From Rhizodiscina lignyota (taxonomy: Eukaryota), in the NCBI GenBank assembly GCA_010015805.1, contig ML978127.1, positions 992,001 to 1,056,000 on the forward strand: DNA of 64,000 nucleotides. The letters run 5' to 3'. Of this stretch, positions 36,059-50,918 are shown piece by piece. Each line of letters starts with the position of its first letter. Position 1 is the stretch's first letter. The notes beneath the pieces are model-generated. The model did no database searches and was not told where the DNA came from. It saw only the letters and a list, made by a program, of their open reading frames with translations. The position numbers were made by a program, and so were the translations under genes.

Positions 36059-37988
36059 ATGGCTCCGTACTTTGGAATGACGGGTGCGAAATTGACCTTC
36101 TGGGTCACAGTAGCGTGTGCTACTGATATGACGCTCTTTGGTTACGATCAGGGTGTCTTCGTATGCTAGTTCTCATCACCTCTGATGCCTTTGGGATGTT
36201 AACGCTTATGACAGGGCGGCGTTGTCGTCACTCCTGATTATATAAATGTTATGGGACTGCAGAACAACTCGTCACTGCTCGGGACTATCACTGCCATCTA
36301 CGACATTGGATGCTTCTTTGGCGCTATCGCAGCTTTTGTTGTTGGCGAACCACTTGGGCGAAAGAAGAGCATCCTCCTTGGTACTACCATTATGAGCATT
36401 GGTGCCATCCTGCAGATCACCGCTTGGAGTGTGCCGCAGATGATTGTTGGCCGGTAAGCTACAGTCGAATCTGTTGCGCCTCGCTGGCAATTCTGACACT
36501 TTGTATAGCATCGTGGCGGGCATCGGAAATGGAATCAATACAGCAACTGCCCCGGTCTGGCAGGGTGAAACTTCGAAGGCTTCATGGCGAGGAAAACTCA
36601 TCGTCATCGAAATGATCATGAATATTGCCGGGTTCTCGCTCTCGAATTGGGTGACTTATGGCTTCAGCTTTGCTGGAGGCGCCATTGCCTGGAGATTGCC
36701 GCTTGCTATGCAGTTCATCTTCATTGTCATCCTCTACGCAACAGTCCCTTGGCTTCCAGAGTCTCCAGTAAGCTTCAACTAACGGCGATTTAATCACCCG
36801 GCACTAACGACAAACAGAGATGGCTCATCGCGAAGAATCGTATCGACGAAGCCGATAAAATCCTTGCCGACCTCGAAGCCACCGACATGGATGATCCGTA
36901 CATCATCACTCAATCGAAAGATATCCAGTGGGCTGTCAACTTCGAGCGCGAGAACTCAGTTGGCTGGATGGACCTCCTTCGCGGTCGTACCGGCGATGTC
37001 GGCGGCACTTGCACTATTCGACGTTTTATTCTTGGCTGTGGGAGCCAGTGAGCGTTGATCTCCCCATAAGCCCTGGACAGTATGCTGATAGAGAGTACAG
37101 AGCCATGCAGCAATTATCCGGGATAAACGTAACAAGCTACTACCTCACGATCGTTTTTATCGACTCCGTCGGCCTCTCGAATACGATGGCACGCCTTCTA
37201 GCGGCCTGCAACTCTGTGTCGTACCTCCTCTTCTCATTCATTGGTATCCCGAATGTTGAACGCTGGGGGCGTCGCAAGATGATGATGTACGCAGCTGCGG
37301 GCCAGGCATTTTGCTACCTGCTGATCACAGTCCTGATCCGATATAACGAGCTCAATGGGTACGCGCATCGCACGGAGGTAGCGAAAGCGAGTATTGCGTT
37401 CTTCTTCTTGTACTATGTTTTTTTCGGTATCGGTTGGCAAGGGGTTCCATGGCTGTATCCAACGGAGATTAATAGCTTGAGCATGAGGACGAAGGGGGCT
37501 GCTGCTGGTACAGCGACGAATTGGATCTTCAACTTCATGGGTAAGCCACATTGACCTCCCACTTCCTCTGCGATCTATGAGTTGACGGTCTGCCAGTCGT
37601 TGAAATAACTCCAATCGGCATTGACAGCCTCCAATGGAAATTCTACATCATCTGGACAGTCTTTAACGCCGCCTTCGTACCAATCGTGTACTTCTTCTAC
37701 CCGGAGACGGCGGCGCGCACGCTCGAGGACCTTGATCGCTACTTCACTGAGAACAAGAACATTCTCGTATTCCGTGACAAGGTCGCTACGTCTTCTAAAC
37801 GGCCTGAAGCGATGATAAACCGTGAGATCGATGAGGTAAGGAGGAATAGCAGTATCAGAAGTGTGGATGTTAGCGAGGCAGCGCGGCGGTACTTGGCCGA
37901 CACGCTGGAGAAGGTCAATAGTGGACATACGGATGCTACGGACGCGATGGAGAAAGGGACTGAGAAGGTTGAGAGAGAAGAGTTTTGA
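36059..37988 (+). CDS. MFS sugar porter (STL1-like), multi-exon
   Basis: LFGYDQGVFGG, GEPLGRKK, APVWQGETS, WRLPLAMQ, PESPRWL, MQQLSGINVTSYY, VERWGRR, PWLYPTEIN, YPETAARTLED. Confidence 0.9.
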
Positions 37989-38253
37989 CGAGCTAAGTCA
38001 TGATATTGTAAGATACGCGAAGCGCGTCTCATAAAATGATAAGATACCAGGACGATCTATGAATTCTCAACGAAAAGAACTTGTATCATTAGTTTCCCCC
38101 TGGGTGGCTGTATATACCACGAAGAACATGGCTATAGGCCTGGTTGAATGGACTTCGGGCGATGCATTCGGGCTCAGTATAATACATTGTATATACTCCG
38201 AAAACGCTGCCATGATATGCGAAAGAGAAGAAAATGCATAGGCCTGCAATCGG

Positions 38254-39484
38254 TTACTTCCAAAGCTTCGACAGGGAGGTGGCCTTGTCGTCGTGCTTGT
38301 TCAGGACCTTCGCCGTCGCAAGGTCGAAGTCTTCCTGCGTGACGTGCACTCTCCGCTCCCTCAGGGCGTACATGCCCGCCTCTGTGCATACACCTTTAAG
38401 CTCTGCCCCTGAGCAACCATTCATCTTCTCCGCAATCTTTGTCAAGTTGATGCCTCTTGTAAGGTTCATCTTTCGCGAGTGAATCCTCAGAATGTCCGCT
38501 CGGGCCTCCACCGTCGGAGGTGGGAATTCAATCTTCCTGTCTATCCGGCCGGGTCTGAGAAGTGCGGGGTCGAGGATGTCGAGACGGTTAGTGGCCATGA
38601 TGATTTTGATGTTCTTTGTGGGTTCGAAGCCGTCGAGCTGGTTGAGCAGTTCCAGCATGGTGCGCTGGACCTCGGAGTCACCACCTGAAGAGCCTTCCAC
38701 ACGCGAGGAGCCGATGCTGTCGATTTCGTCCATGAAGATAATTGAAGGAGCGTGTTCACGAGCCATGACGAACAATTCGCGGACCATGCGCGAACCTTCG
38801 CCGATGTACTTCTGCACCAGCTCGCTTCCAGAGACACGGATGAACTTGCAATCAGTATGATGTGCCACTGCTCGCGCGAGTAGTGTCTTTCCAGTACCCG
38901 GTGGGCCGTAGAGCAGCACACCTTTTGGCTGAGCTATGCCTAAGCTCTCGAAGAGCTCCGGATGTTTGAGACCAAGCTCGATGACCTCTTTGATTTCCTT
39001 AATCTGTTGGTCGAGACCACCGATCATGTCGTATGTGCTGTCGGGGACCTTTTCGACCATCATGAGGGATACGAGAGGGTCGACGGAGGAAGGAAGCATC
39101 TTCTCGAGCTTGTACGAATCGGAGAGCAGGGTGACGCGTTTGCCGGGAGTGAGTTTGCCGATGTCGACGGTGTCGGATATGTCAACAACTGCACGATCTG
39201 TTATCCTAAAGGAACTAGAAGAACAATGTAGTCCAAATATTGCACATACCATATTTGCCTTCCGGATGTACCTTCACTAGTACCTTCTTTGTGCTCATCA
39301 CCTTCACCACCTCGCCGACATAGCTTCCGGGCTGCTGAAGGAGGCCAAGCTCTTCTCGTAATAGCCGCACTCTCGAGTTGTAGTCGTTCCGCTGTGCCTC
39401 GAGGCGTCGTAATACTGCTTGGCCTTGGATAATCTCGAGCTTCATGCTCTCGATCTTGTTGTGGAAGAAAGTGTCAAGCGCCAT
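38254..39484 (-). CDS. RPT6: 26S proteasome regulatory AAA-ATPase subunit Rpt6 (PSMC5), 1 intron
   Basis: [36 protein letters not shown]; Walker A GPPGTGKT; Walker [10 protein letters not shown]-terminal SLSKLWK. Confidence 0.97.
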
Positions 39485-40031
39485 GGCGGCGACAGGCGAG
39501 CGGAGTGTCGACGAAGGTAAGCGAGAGATCAGAAATGAGGACTCGTGAGACGAGGAGGAGGAGAAGGATATGCTTGGCGCGCTGGTGAAGTGTGATAGTG
39601 TGGAGAGGCAAACGTGATGGCGTGGATGTTGAAGCTCTCACGCCCGACGCTTCTCTGCGCTTCGGCGCCAAGCGAGCGCAAGCACAAGAGCGCGGCAAGA
39701 CTTGACAAGTTGACCGGGCCGACCCCTGCGAAAGTTCGCTGTTCGCGATGGCCCGTGTGGAGGCATGACGCCGCACGTGCATGGCCGGCAACCCTGAATC
39801 GGGAAGAGAAAGCTTGATCGTCGCGCACAACACATCATCTGCCACTGGATTACTCCGCGGTCAATCTGATATCAAGCCGGCTGAAGCTTCCGACACCTCG
39901 TCAGAGCCTCTCTCTCCTACATCGGGAGTCATGCGGAGATAGCACGCCGTACAGCTATCTACTCCCCCGCATCAACAACTTCAGCGGCACGATAAACAAC
40001 AACGGAGGGACAGTGAAGCATCACGATAACA

Positions 40032-43000
40032 ATGGCCGACGAAGAGCGGACTGAATCTGCCCTTGAACGCAGCAATGCGTCGCTCCCTTCCACCAGACGC
40101 AACTCACAAGACTCGCGGACGAACGCCCAGCCAGGCACCCAGTCGCAGTCTACGTGGGGATCTAGCAGCCAAACTTCTTCCGCAGACCCTAGGAGGAGAC
40201 CACCTCCGGTTCAGACACAGACAGAATATGGTCAGGCATTCTTCTCTATGGACGGGATGAAGGACGTTCTAACGCCATCTCTAGGGTCAATCACACAGCC
40301 TTTCGGTCACAGTCGCAACCACCCCAGTGTCGCATCGCCAGAGGCTTCCGGTTCTTCAAAGCTGCAACGAAGACCAACCGGCCTCGGACGACGCTCCACA
40401 TCTACACATGCACCCCATCGGGGTCAAGAGTTTTCAGTGGACGATGCAAAAGATGAGGTCGAAATAGATCAGGTTCCTCTGCGTCGCCCTGGCTTATCAA
40501 AATCACAAACATCTGGAACATTGAAGCGACAGCCTTCTACCATTAAGAGACGTCCTGCTGCACAAGTACCTCCTTTGCCGGTAGTTGACTCATTATCTGA
40601 TGAGGATGATGCACAGGAGGAGCATGCTGCTGCGCCCACAGAACCACTCAACGCAGCATCGTCGGGTGAGGAGACACTCCTGGCAACGGAGGAAGAAGAA
40701 GAGGAGGAGGAGGAGGAGGTGGATACAACGCCTATGGAAGAGGAAGGGGAGACTCCAGATGACGAAGGAGATGTCAGCGATGCCGAGAGCTTTACCTTGA
40801 AGGATCGACAAGATGCTATCAACGTGACACATCCGTTCGGTATCAGGATCTGGAAGCCAGCCCTGTACAAGAAAGACCGCTCCGTGCAGCGAAAAGGAGA
40901 AGAGGACATTCACTCTGCACCAGGAGGCCATGTCAGCAATTGGCTGTTGCTCTTCAACTATGCCTGGACAATACTCTTTGGCTGGTGGCTTGCGCTCATT
41001 GCTTTTATCGGAGGTCTCCTCTGTCTGATATTTGGAGTAGCATTCGACGGCAATATGGAGTATGGTAGAGTCTTGTTAGGCTTATCTCGCTATCTGCTCT
41101 ACCCTTTCGGGAAATACATCAAGCTCATGTCCGATGAAGCTTACGCTGAAGAAGATGAGGGAGAGGGAAGAAGTATCAGCGAGTACGAGCAGTGGCAAAG
41201 TGGTGATATCGAAGAAGGTCGCCTGTTCTTTGGTCCGATCAGAACACTGGAGAGGTCATTGGTAGGACGTCGCCGAAATAGCGCCGATTCTGACGATGAA
41301 ACCCAAAGTTTGCTTGGACGCAACGGACGTGGCCACCACCACCGCAATAGCACGAGTGGACGACCAAAGAGGAGACTTTTCGGACGAGGAAAGTGGACCT
41401 TTGGAAGAATCATTTTCTTCCTTGTCTTTTACGGAGTACTAACGCCCTGCCTATTCCTCGTCTCTGGGATCTGCTGGCTCCTGGTCTTCAGCATTCCTAT
41501 GGGCCGAGTCACACTGCTCTTGTTTGACCATCTTCGACGACATCCGCTTGCCCTAGAATTCCACTCTGACAAAACCGACATTCGCAGAGCTGGGAACGCT
41601 CCGTCATCGATTTTAGTCTGCACTTACCGCGCCGTGGGCTCGAAATACTGGAAGTACACCGTCGATGGCACGAACATCTTCCTGATCAACCTCCTTGCCA
41701 TCGTAGCATTCACCATTTTTGACTACTATGTCCTGGATGAAGCTCTCGGTCTTGACATTGCTCTCACAAATAATGGACTGGTCTTCACTCTTGCTCTCTT
41801 TTCGATCATTCCTCTCGCCTACTTTATAGGCCAGGCAGTTGCATCCATTTCAGCACAGTCATCAATGGGAGTGGGTGCGACGATAAACGCTTTCTTTTCG
41901 ACTGTGGTCGAAGTCTTTCTGTACTGCGTGGCGCTTAATGAGGGCAAGGCGCAGCTCGTGGAAGGCAGTATTATTGGCAGTATTTTCGCCGGCATCCTAT
42001 TCCTCCCTGGCATATCCATGTGCTTTGGCGCTATTAAGCGCAAGACTCAGCGCTTCAATGTTAGGTCCGCCGGCGTCACTTCTACCATGCTCCTCTTTGC
42101 CGTCATTGCCGCGTTTAGCCCGACTTTGTTCTATCAGATCTTTGGAAGCGTAGGTACCACTTCTCATTATGGTATTTCCTCCTTCACTAACTCCTGCTAG
42201 CACGAACTCAATTGCCACCAATGCGTGCGTCAAGCACATGATGGGGATAGTGACTGCCGCCGTTGCTACTTCGCACAGGTTCCGGCCGTCCGCGACCGAT
42301 TCTACCTCCAGGCTGTGCGACCATATATCTGGTTCTGCGCAGTTCTACTATTCCTGTCATATGCTATTGGCCTCATCTTCACGCTTCGCACACACGCAGC
42401 GGTCATTTGGAACAATGAGATCGATGAGAAGAAGGGAGATCGACTTGTCGAAAGTACCACCAACGTAGCCCATTCCGAAAGCCGTGTGTCTGCTCCTACG
42501 CCCTTCCCAACGCTATCTCGGCAGGCTACAAGAACAGATGTTCGCGATACACAACTATACCGTCGCATCTTAGGACAGTCGCTCAAGCAGCTCGGCGTAA
42601 ACGATGCACAACCTCCCACACCCTCCCCTGCGGATTGCAAGCCAACAAAAGCACCTACCCCAGCTACAGAATCGGTCCCAGAGGTTACAACCCCACACGT
42701 TGTCCCACCCAAAAGCCGAGACTTTACCCCCCTGATCGGATCGCCTACTCGGAGCGGCATCCACCTATCAGGCCTTTCGGATGAAGACAACCGTCTGCTC
42801 CAGCACCACGTTGCCGAAATGGCTGCTACCGTCGCCACTGTAGCGGCCCGCGACGCGACCAAGGCACCACGCAGCGCAAGTCAGATGGCTCATACTCCTG
42901 TCGCAGCTGGTGACAATCGCCCGCCAACTCGTCGTGCCAGCCGCGCCGATGGTGAGGTTCTTGGTCGTACTGAGGATGACGGCCGCTCTGCACACGCCAC

Positions 43001-43821
43001 TACCACTCTAGCAGACACAGTAGTTGAGAAACAGGCGGGTGGCCACGATGCGCCGAACTGGAGCCGCACGAAGAGCGCTGTGATTCTGCTGACCGCTACG
43101 CTAGCGTACGCGATCATCGCAGAGATTTTGGTGAATACGGTCGACGCGGTTCTAGAGAACGTGGATATCGATGAGAAGTTCTTGGGTATCACTCTGTTCG
43201 CGCTTGTACCGAATACGACTGAGTTCCTGGTACGTATTTTAGTGGAAAGTAGGAGACATCGAGTGTTATGCTAACAAGTTGCAGAACGCCATTTCGTTCG
43301 CCATGAACGGCAACATCGCGCTGAGTATGGAGATCGGTTCTGCATATGCGCTGCAGGTCTGTCTACTGCAGATACCTTGTCTCGTGCTGTTCAGTGCTCT
43401 GAATGGACATTTCATCACCGATACGGACATCATTAGCCACACCTTCAGTAAGCTCTCCGCTTATTCCACACGTTGCCCCGTCACCGATTATTCCCCTCTC
43501 CGACCGATCTCTGATTCGGTATGCTAACGTTTGGATTCAACAGCCCTGATATTCCCACAGTGGGACATGGTGACAGTCATCCTCTGCGTTTTCCTGCTCA
43601 GCTACATGTATGGCGAGGGCAAGAGCAACTACTTCAAGGGTAGCATTCTCATTCTGTCTTACTTGGTCGTCATCGTCGGCTTCTACTTGTCTGGCTTTGA
43701 CAACGCGTCAGAGATGGTGATGCATGGCGTTGACCCCAACGATCGGTTGGCGCTTGGCCCGAAGATTGCGCTGTTGGGCGCGAATCGTGGAGTGCAGATG
43801 GGCAGGGGCGGTGAGCTGTAG
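40032..43821 (+). CDS. VNX1: Vacuolar low-affinity monovalent cation/H+ antiporter (CaCA superfamily)
   Basis: FTLKDRQDAINVTHPFGIRIWKPALYKK; GQAVASISAQSSMGVGATINAFFST; GGHDAPNWSRTKS; PNTTEFLNAISFA; EGKSNYFKGS. Confidence 0.9.
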
Positions 43822-46039
43822 AGGTCAGGTCTACAGAAGTTTGAACTGCGAGGTATCGGAGGAGGTTGATTTTTGGAGCCGAGACTTTGATTCCCCTTTT
43901 TACAACGCTTTGGGAGGGTTGTAGATGTAGGATATTTCCGAGATTGCATTAGCGCGGCGTTCTTGGAGCGCCGCTGGGACAGTACGTAGAAACTCTTGGT
44001 AATTTATATTTTTTTGAAGCATAGATATAATTAGACAGCAGTTGACAGAGGGGTTCTTAAATTGAAATAATCGACTTCAACACTTTGCGTTCTTCTGCTT
44101 AGCAGAATCAGCCAACGCCGTTAAGTTCACGCGCGACGTATCGTTTGGCTGTTCACCATCTATAAAGGTCGGTCTTGATTTGGCGCAAGGAAAACCCGGC
44201 CAAGTCCTGGCCCGTTAGAGGATGTATCACTGTTGCTTCAACGGTACGTGACTACTGTGTTCGATATCGGCGGAAATCAGCTCAATGCTGCCATGCGCTG
44301 TCTCTAACCTTCAATAGTATTTGCCATTAGGTTAGAGACTATAATATGTCCATCAATAGCATGAATACCTGAGGAGTTGAGAGCCTGCCTGATAAATTGA
44401 CCGTAATCGTAGATATCCTGATGTCTTTGGGTCAGAGCATGTTGACTCCGCAGTCCTAAGCATAGGCAAGGTGCGCATTGATTGTGGCAGGATACAGCTT
44501 TCGATGTTCCCACGAGCCTCCAAAAGGCCAGTTGTGTTTGCGTAGTAGTTTGATACTGTAATTCATCGGTGTGTGGAGACAATTCTCACTCGCTCAGGTA
44601 TAACAGTGGATTGCCTGATTCCTTGTGTCGAGAGCATACCAACACCAAGCTCCACGAAAACAAAATGGTGGAAGTGCTCTGTGTAAGCGTCACCCAAGAT
44701 GCTTCCATCATCAAACAGATCTAGATTCTACGTTAAACACATACAAATCCATCAATATGCGGGATAGCGAAGGGCCCAAACAGTCCTTGCTGCAGGTACG
44801 CGAGTACTGATCGACAGTGGCAGTGATACGATAATCCTATTCAATATTTGAGATACCGTTGCTCACGCGAGCTACGAGTATCCGAAGGGGCCGGGCACGC
44901 CATTAACGTCTTCCGACTGCACCACAACCTCTGTAATTAAACAAATCATTCATAGGCTCGACGTCCCGCATATGAGAATGGGGAGACGGATGCGAAGGAT
45001 ACGAACTTAGGTCACTAAGCACGAACAAGACTGCCGAGTCAGGAAAGGCCGCACTTGAGCCATTAAAGAACGCGCGGCTCGCTCAAGCTGTAAAGGGTGT
45101 GGGAAGAACTTGGAACCGAATACGTTTCTTGTCGCGTGCCGAGAAGCTGAAATTCGGAACGTATGATGAGCGGTTAGGAGGCGGATACGACATACGAGCA
45201 TGATTGTTCTAGAAAGCGACGAGAACATGAAGAACGAATTAAACAAACAATCACAAAAGCGAGCAAGCGACGCGGAGACCGGCCGAGAATGTTGTAAGGC
45301 TTTCCAAGGGCTTTGCAAGCGGGCCAAGTGCGACGGTTGGCGATAGAAAAGAGCCTGATCTGCACGCCTTAGAGTATAAGGGGATGGCTGCACTTTGCAT
45401 GCGGGCTTTTAGATCGCAAAGTAGACAAATAGGTGAGTGGTTCGACAAAGATGCACACAATGCATGGATTTGGCGCCGCAAACTTGGAACGGTGCAGGTA
45501 AAGCAGTGCATGCATCATCGCTCTGACATTGTACCAATCACGCATCGACTGTGTGCAGCGGAAGGGTAAGAAGGCGGCAATGATGGTGAATGATTCCAGC
45601 ACGCAAAAGCGAGCGAGGCAGTGCAAATAATGGCCCTCAGATTTGTAATTTTGGAGATGTGGAGAGCGACGGGCGCCCAAAGCAGCTAGCACCCACGATA
45701 AGACTGCACGTTTTCTCCGCGCGATCGTGTGGCCTTTGGCGCTGGTGCACCTTCCCTTCCGCTGCAGCCGGCACAGCAGGGTTGGCCCACTGGCATCGAG
45801 TAAGACGCATTCTAAGCAGCTCAAACGCAAGCCTCACACCCGCACCGTATACCATGCGCCGACTGCTCCTCCACTCTCCTTCTTCCGCACACTCGCTCTC
45901 TGCCCTCAAGTCGTGAGCTGTGCAATGGCCATGCTATGCTAGCGCCCCAATTCCTCTCTAATTGAACGACCGAGTACGTGAGCCGAGCCACGCCTTCTCA
46001 CGCGCCGCCTCCGCTTCGGATCGACCAGATGTAGCAAGG

Positions 46040-48145
46040 ATGGCGCCGATACCGTTCACCATGTCGACGTTATGGACTTTGCTCTCGTGCTTGGCTGTGC
46101 TCGCCACCTCCCAAAGCGTAGTACCAGTAAACGGCACTTCTTCCAGCGTACCGCGCAATCAGACCGAGCAGGTTGGCCTCCAGATCAATCGAGCGGACGG
46201 GTTGCCGACACCTGCGACGCTTGTGCTGATTCCTCTGACCGACGGAGCAAGTGACAAACTCCCTGTAAGCGAAGAATGCGTGCCCACTCCTCTCCTGTGT
46301 CGCGTGTGGCTTATACGTTTCGATGTTTCCCCTATAACTACTTCGTGCTGATGCAAACTTTATTTGAACTTATAGAATGACGGCCGCGCTGGTACCCTCT
46401 TTCCCGCCAATGTTAACAATGTCGCCAACATTACGTTTATGAGCATTGCTTGGATCTCGTGTGACCCTACCGACTATAACGGAAATCTCGGTGCAATTGA
46501 CGTCCTCCAACGTGCCGTCGAAAATCAAGCCTCCGCGGCCCTACTTTATAGCAGAACGTCATCATACTGCAATTATACTGCCGGCTCGAACATCAACCCA
46601 AACTTCAATTACATCTACTCGTTGAGAAGTCGCACAGATAGCATCGCCATCAACTCCATGGTTACCTTCAACGCCGATTCGGTGCCGATGCGCGCCACAA
46701 TCAATCTTGTGGAGAGGCTGCAGGCAAACAACACCAGTGGGAGTGGTAGCAATAATGGACAACAATCCAATCAGCAACCGGGTGGGCCTAGTCCAAGCAC
46801 GGCAGTGGCCATGATCATCTTGTACAGCATCACTGGTGTCATCACAGCGCTGTTCCTCATAATCATCATAACGGGTGCGATCCGCGCACACAGGCATCCA
46901 GAAAGATATGGACCACGGGCAGTGCTAGGAAGAGCTAGACAAAGTAGAGCGAAAGGTCTCGCCAGAGCCATGCTCGACTCTATTCCCATCGTCAAGTTTG
47001 GCGACGGTGAAGGTGACACTCCGAAGCCTGAAGACGTCGAGATGGCCCCGTCAAGCAGCAGCAACACCAATGAGCATGCCGCGAACGGGGAAGCAAGAGA
47101 AGAGGACAAGCATGAGGCGATAACTGAAACAGCTGAGCGGAGAGGCTCGGATGGAGGTGAAATCGAGCGCACAGTCAGCAGAGAGAGTGAAGGCGGGATC
47201 GGCGCAGATGTTGCACCGCCTGTAAACCCGTCAAATTCTCTGGACCAGCCGCTTGGATGCTCCATTTGCACGGAGGATTTTGAGCGTGGTGAAGACGTGC
47301 GCGTCTTGCCTTGCAACCACAAGTTCCACCCAGCTTGCATCGATCCATGGCTACTCAACGTATCTGGCACATGTCCGCTCTGGTAAGTTTAACTCTACCG
47401 CATGATTATGTTATTGTACATTTTTGGGTTTATTGGACCCTTTCCGGCGGACCCGGTGCTGACTATTTTTGACAGCCGCATTGACCTTCGCCCGCCTACA
47501 TCAGACGCAAACGATACAGGTAATGCTGAAACCACATCCTCAGATGATGGAAGTGCTGTTCCATCTCTACCTCAGGGCCAATCCGCAGAGTCAATCGGCA
47601 GTGCCCAGCCTGCTTCCACCCCCGGCACTAATCTGCAGCCCGGCGATGCTTCCTCAAGAAGGCAATCACGACGACTGTCTAATCTACTGTTTAATCCATT
47701 AAATCGACAACGAATGCAAGACGCCACGCCTGAAGAACGAATTCAAGCACTGAGACAATACAACGCGCGTAACCAAAGTGGAAGTACGAACGGTGAACGG
47801 GAATCCAGGAGGAGGAGAATAAGTGCAAGATTATCGGATGCCTTCTCAAGAGGAATGAAGAGGACTGAGGAGAGCTCAGCTGAAGCAAGTCGATCTGCTA
47901 CACCTGTCCCAGCAGGCGCGACAGCGGAATCTGTACCTTCAACCGGCGCGAGCACAACAGAGACCCCTTTGCAGCCCCCAATTCTATCACCCCTTTCTTT
48001 CGAGGAACGGCATAGGGAGGAGCCACAGGGTCCTCTGCCAGCTTCTTCTGACACTGATCAAATCACTGCAGCACCGGTGATACGAGTACAGTCGCCCGAA
48101 GACGACAAGGCCCCGGCAGAGACCGATGTTTCACGAAAAGATTAG
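46040..48145 (+). CDS. Membrane-anchored RING-H2 E3 ubiquitin ligase (signal peptide, lumenal domain, TM helix, RING-H2)
   Basis: [74 protein letters not shown](R). Confidence 0.88.
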
Positions 48146-48518
48146 GAGTTGTGTCTATTTTATGGCGTATGAACTTGGATCCCGATTGGATTAAAATTTG
48201 CATCGCATTGGCGTTTATGTGGAATTTAGTGGGCTTGCATTTGGGACTATTGGTCGCGTGATCCTGCCCTTTGGTCCATGAGGGACAATGGGCACAGCGC
48301 TTGCACAGGAATGAATGGCACATGAAGACATGTACATGTATGATAGCCACGTACATACGGAATACATGAGAGACGAATGATGGAGTATCTGCCGCTTGCT
48401 CTCGGATTTAAGGAAACTTCGGGCTCGGGAATGTGCCACACGTGTCGCCGATATTCGGCGGTAATGCCAAGACGCGGGGAACGAGGGAACAGAATCAGGT
48501 CAAAGCGCTCTAGAATTT

Positions 48519-48525
48519 TGACTCA
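48519..48525. promoter_or_regulatory. Gcn4/CPC-1 response element upstream of ILV2
   Basis: Perfect TGACTCA about 150 bp upstream of the acetolactate synthase ATG. Confidence 0.6.
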
Positions 48526-48676
48526 GAAGTCACCCACCCTCACCTCCGAGACTCCCCAATTGCCCACTCCAGCACTCTCCACTCAAACCAAATTGATCTC
48601 ATCTGGTCCATTGAAATCTCAATTGGCTTCTCTGCTGCATGGGTAAAGGCACTGAAAGTCACAGCAGACCGCCATC

Positions 48677-50918
48677 ATGATCCCAGCACGAAGAGCAGGC
48701 GGTGCTCTCGCTCGCCTCTCAAAATCTCAACCGCCTCGTAATTTTTCCTCTACAACCCCTGCAGCAGCTCTGTCGCCGTATAGAAAAACTACTCAAGCAA
48801 ATACTTCAAAGACTACGACCGATGCGACAAAACGTGGACAGAGCACAACTGCCACCTCCACCGCTACTCAGACCCGGTCGACAACAGCGCCAGAGACTAG
48901 GCCGGTACCAAGCCCGGCCTTCAATCGCGATGACACGAGACGCAGCGATGTGCAGCCTCTCCGGCCGTACAGGCAACCAGAGATGGATCACAGTTTTGTG
49001 GGAATGACGGGTGGACAGATATTTCATGAGATGATGCTGAGGCATGATGTGAAGCATATTTGTGAGTCATATTTCCAATTACTTTCCAAAAATCTATCAT
49101 ATTAACATTAGCTTCTTATAGTTGGATACCCAGGAGGCGCCATCCTCCCTGTTTTCGACGCCATCTTCAACTCGAAGCATTTCGACTTCATCCTCCCTCG
49201 ACATGAACAAGGAGCAGGCCACATGGCTGAAGGATATGCTCGTGCGTCAGGGAAACCTGGCATTGTGCTTGTGACGTCTGGTCCTGGCGCCACGAATGTT
49301 GTAACACCAATGCAGGACGCGCTGATGGACGGCACACCAATGATTGTATTTTGTGGGCAGGTCGTAACAAGCGCCATAGGCTCGGACGCTTTCCAGGAAG
49401 CAGATATGGTTGGCATCAGCAGAGCATGCACAAAGTGGAACGTCATGGTCAAGAACATTGCAGAGTTGCCGAGGCGCATCAATGAGGCATTCGAAATCGC
49501 GACCACAGGTAGGCCCGGACCAGTCCTTGTAGATTTACCCAAGGATGTTACCGGGGGTATCCTACAGAGACCGATTCCAGTGCACAGCGCTTTGCCCACA
49601 CATCCCAGCGCTGCAACTCTCGCGGCCCGCGAAATGAGCAAGAAGCATCTGGAGGGCACGATCAAGCGCTCTGCAAATCTCATCAACATCGCCAAGAAGC
49701 CGGTAATCTACGCCGGGCAAGGCGTTCTTTCGAGCCCAAAGGGCCCTGAGCTTCTGAAAGAGCTGTCGGACAAAGCTTCCATTCCGGTGACCACTACACT
49801 GCAAGGACTTGGTGCCTTTGATGAGTTGGACCCAAAGAGTTTGCACATGCTTGGCATGCATGGCTCAGCGTATGCCAACATGGCGATGCAGGAAGCCGAT
49901 CTCATCATTGCACTTGGGGGGCGTTTCGACGATCGTATCACAGGCTCTGTTGCTAAGTTCGCGCCAATGGCAAAAGCCGCTGCCGCTGAAGGACGTGGTG
50001 GCATCATCCACTTCGAGATCATGCCTAAGAACATCAATAAAGTTGTTCAGGCCACTGAGGCTGTCGAAGGTGACGTCGTTACGAACCTTGGTTTGCTCCT
50101 CCCGCACGTCCAAGATATGAGCATGGACCAACGGAAAGCTTGGTTTGACCAGATCAATGACTGGAAGACGCGCTTCCCGTGGGACTATGAGAGAGAAGGC
50201 CCCAATGGCCTGATCAAGCCTCAGACTGTCATGGCAACTGTGAGCAAGATCGTCGAGCCTGTCAAGAACAATACAATCATTGCCACTGGCGTTGGCCAGC
50301 ACCAGATGTGGGCCGCGCAGCATTACAGATGGCGGTATCCACGCTCGATGATCACATCCGGCGGCTTGGGTACCATGGGTTATGGCCTTCCTGCCTCCAT
50401 CGGCGCGAAGGTGGCAAAGCCTGATGCGCTCGTCATCGACATTGATGGCGACGCGTCGTTCTGCATGACTTTGACTGAGCTTTCGACCGCAGCGCAGTTT
50501 AACATTGGCGTCAAGATTATCATCCTGAACAACGAGGAACAGGGTATGGTTACGCAGTGGCAGACGCTCTTCTATGAAGACAGGTTCAGCCATACCCATC
50601 AGCGCAACCCGAATTTCGTCAAGGTTGCCGAGGCTATGGGCGTGAAAGCGCAACGCGTCGTTAAGCCCGAGGAATTGGAGAGTAAGCTCAATTGGTTGAT
50701 CAATGGGAGCGGAGATGGGCCCGCACTTTTGGAAGTCGTAACAGATCAGAAAGTTCCCGTGCTTCCCATGGTACCGGGAGGAAATGCACTACATGAGATT
50801 TTGGTGTACGATAGAGGTCAGTGATCTACCACCATGTTTCAGATACGTTTATGCTGACGATCTTGCAGAGAAAGCAACGGAAATGCGCAAGCGCACCAAA
50901 GAGCGGTCAGGAAGGTAG
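48677..50918 (+). CDS. ILV2: Acetolactate synthase catalytic subunit, mitochondrial (2 introns)
   Basis: GYPGGAILP, RHEQGAGHMAEGYARASGKPG, TSGPGATN, RFDDR, TGVGQHQMW, TSGGLGTMG, ThDP motif DGDASF..NN. Confidence 0.97.

Noticed and set aside
39838..39846. PACE/Rpn4 element upstream of RPT6 (AGTGGCAGA on the minus strand)
   Set aside because: Two mismatches to GGTGGCAAA; plausible but not supportable without conservation data
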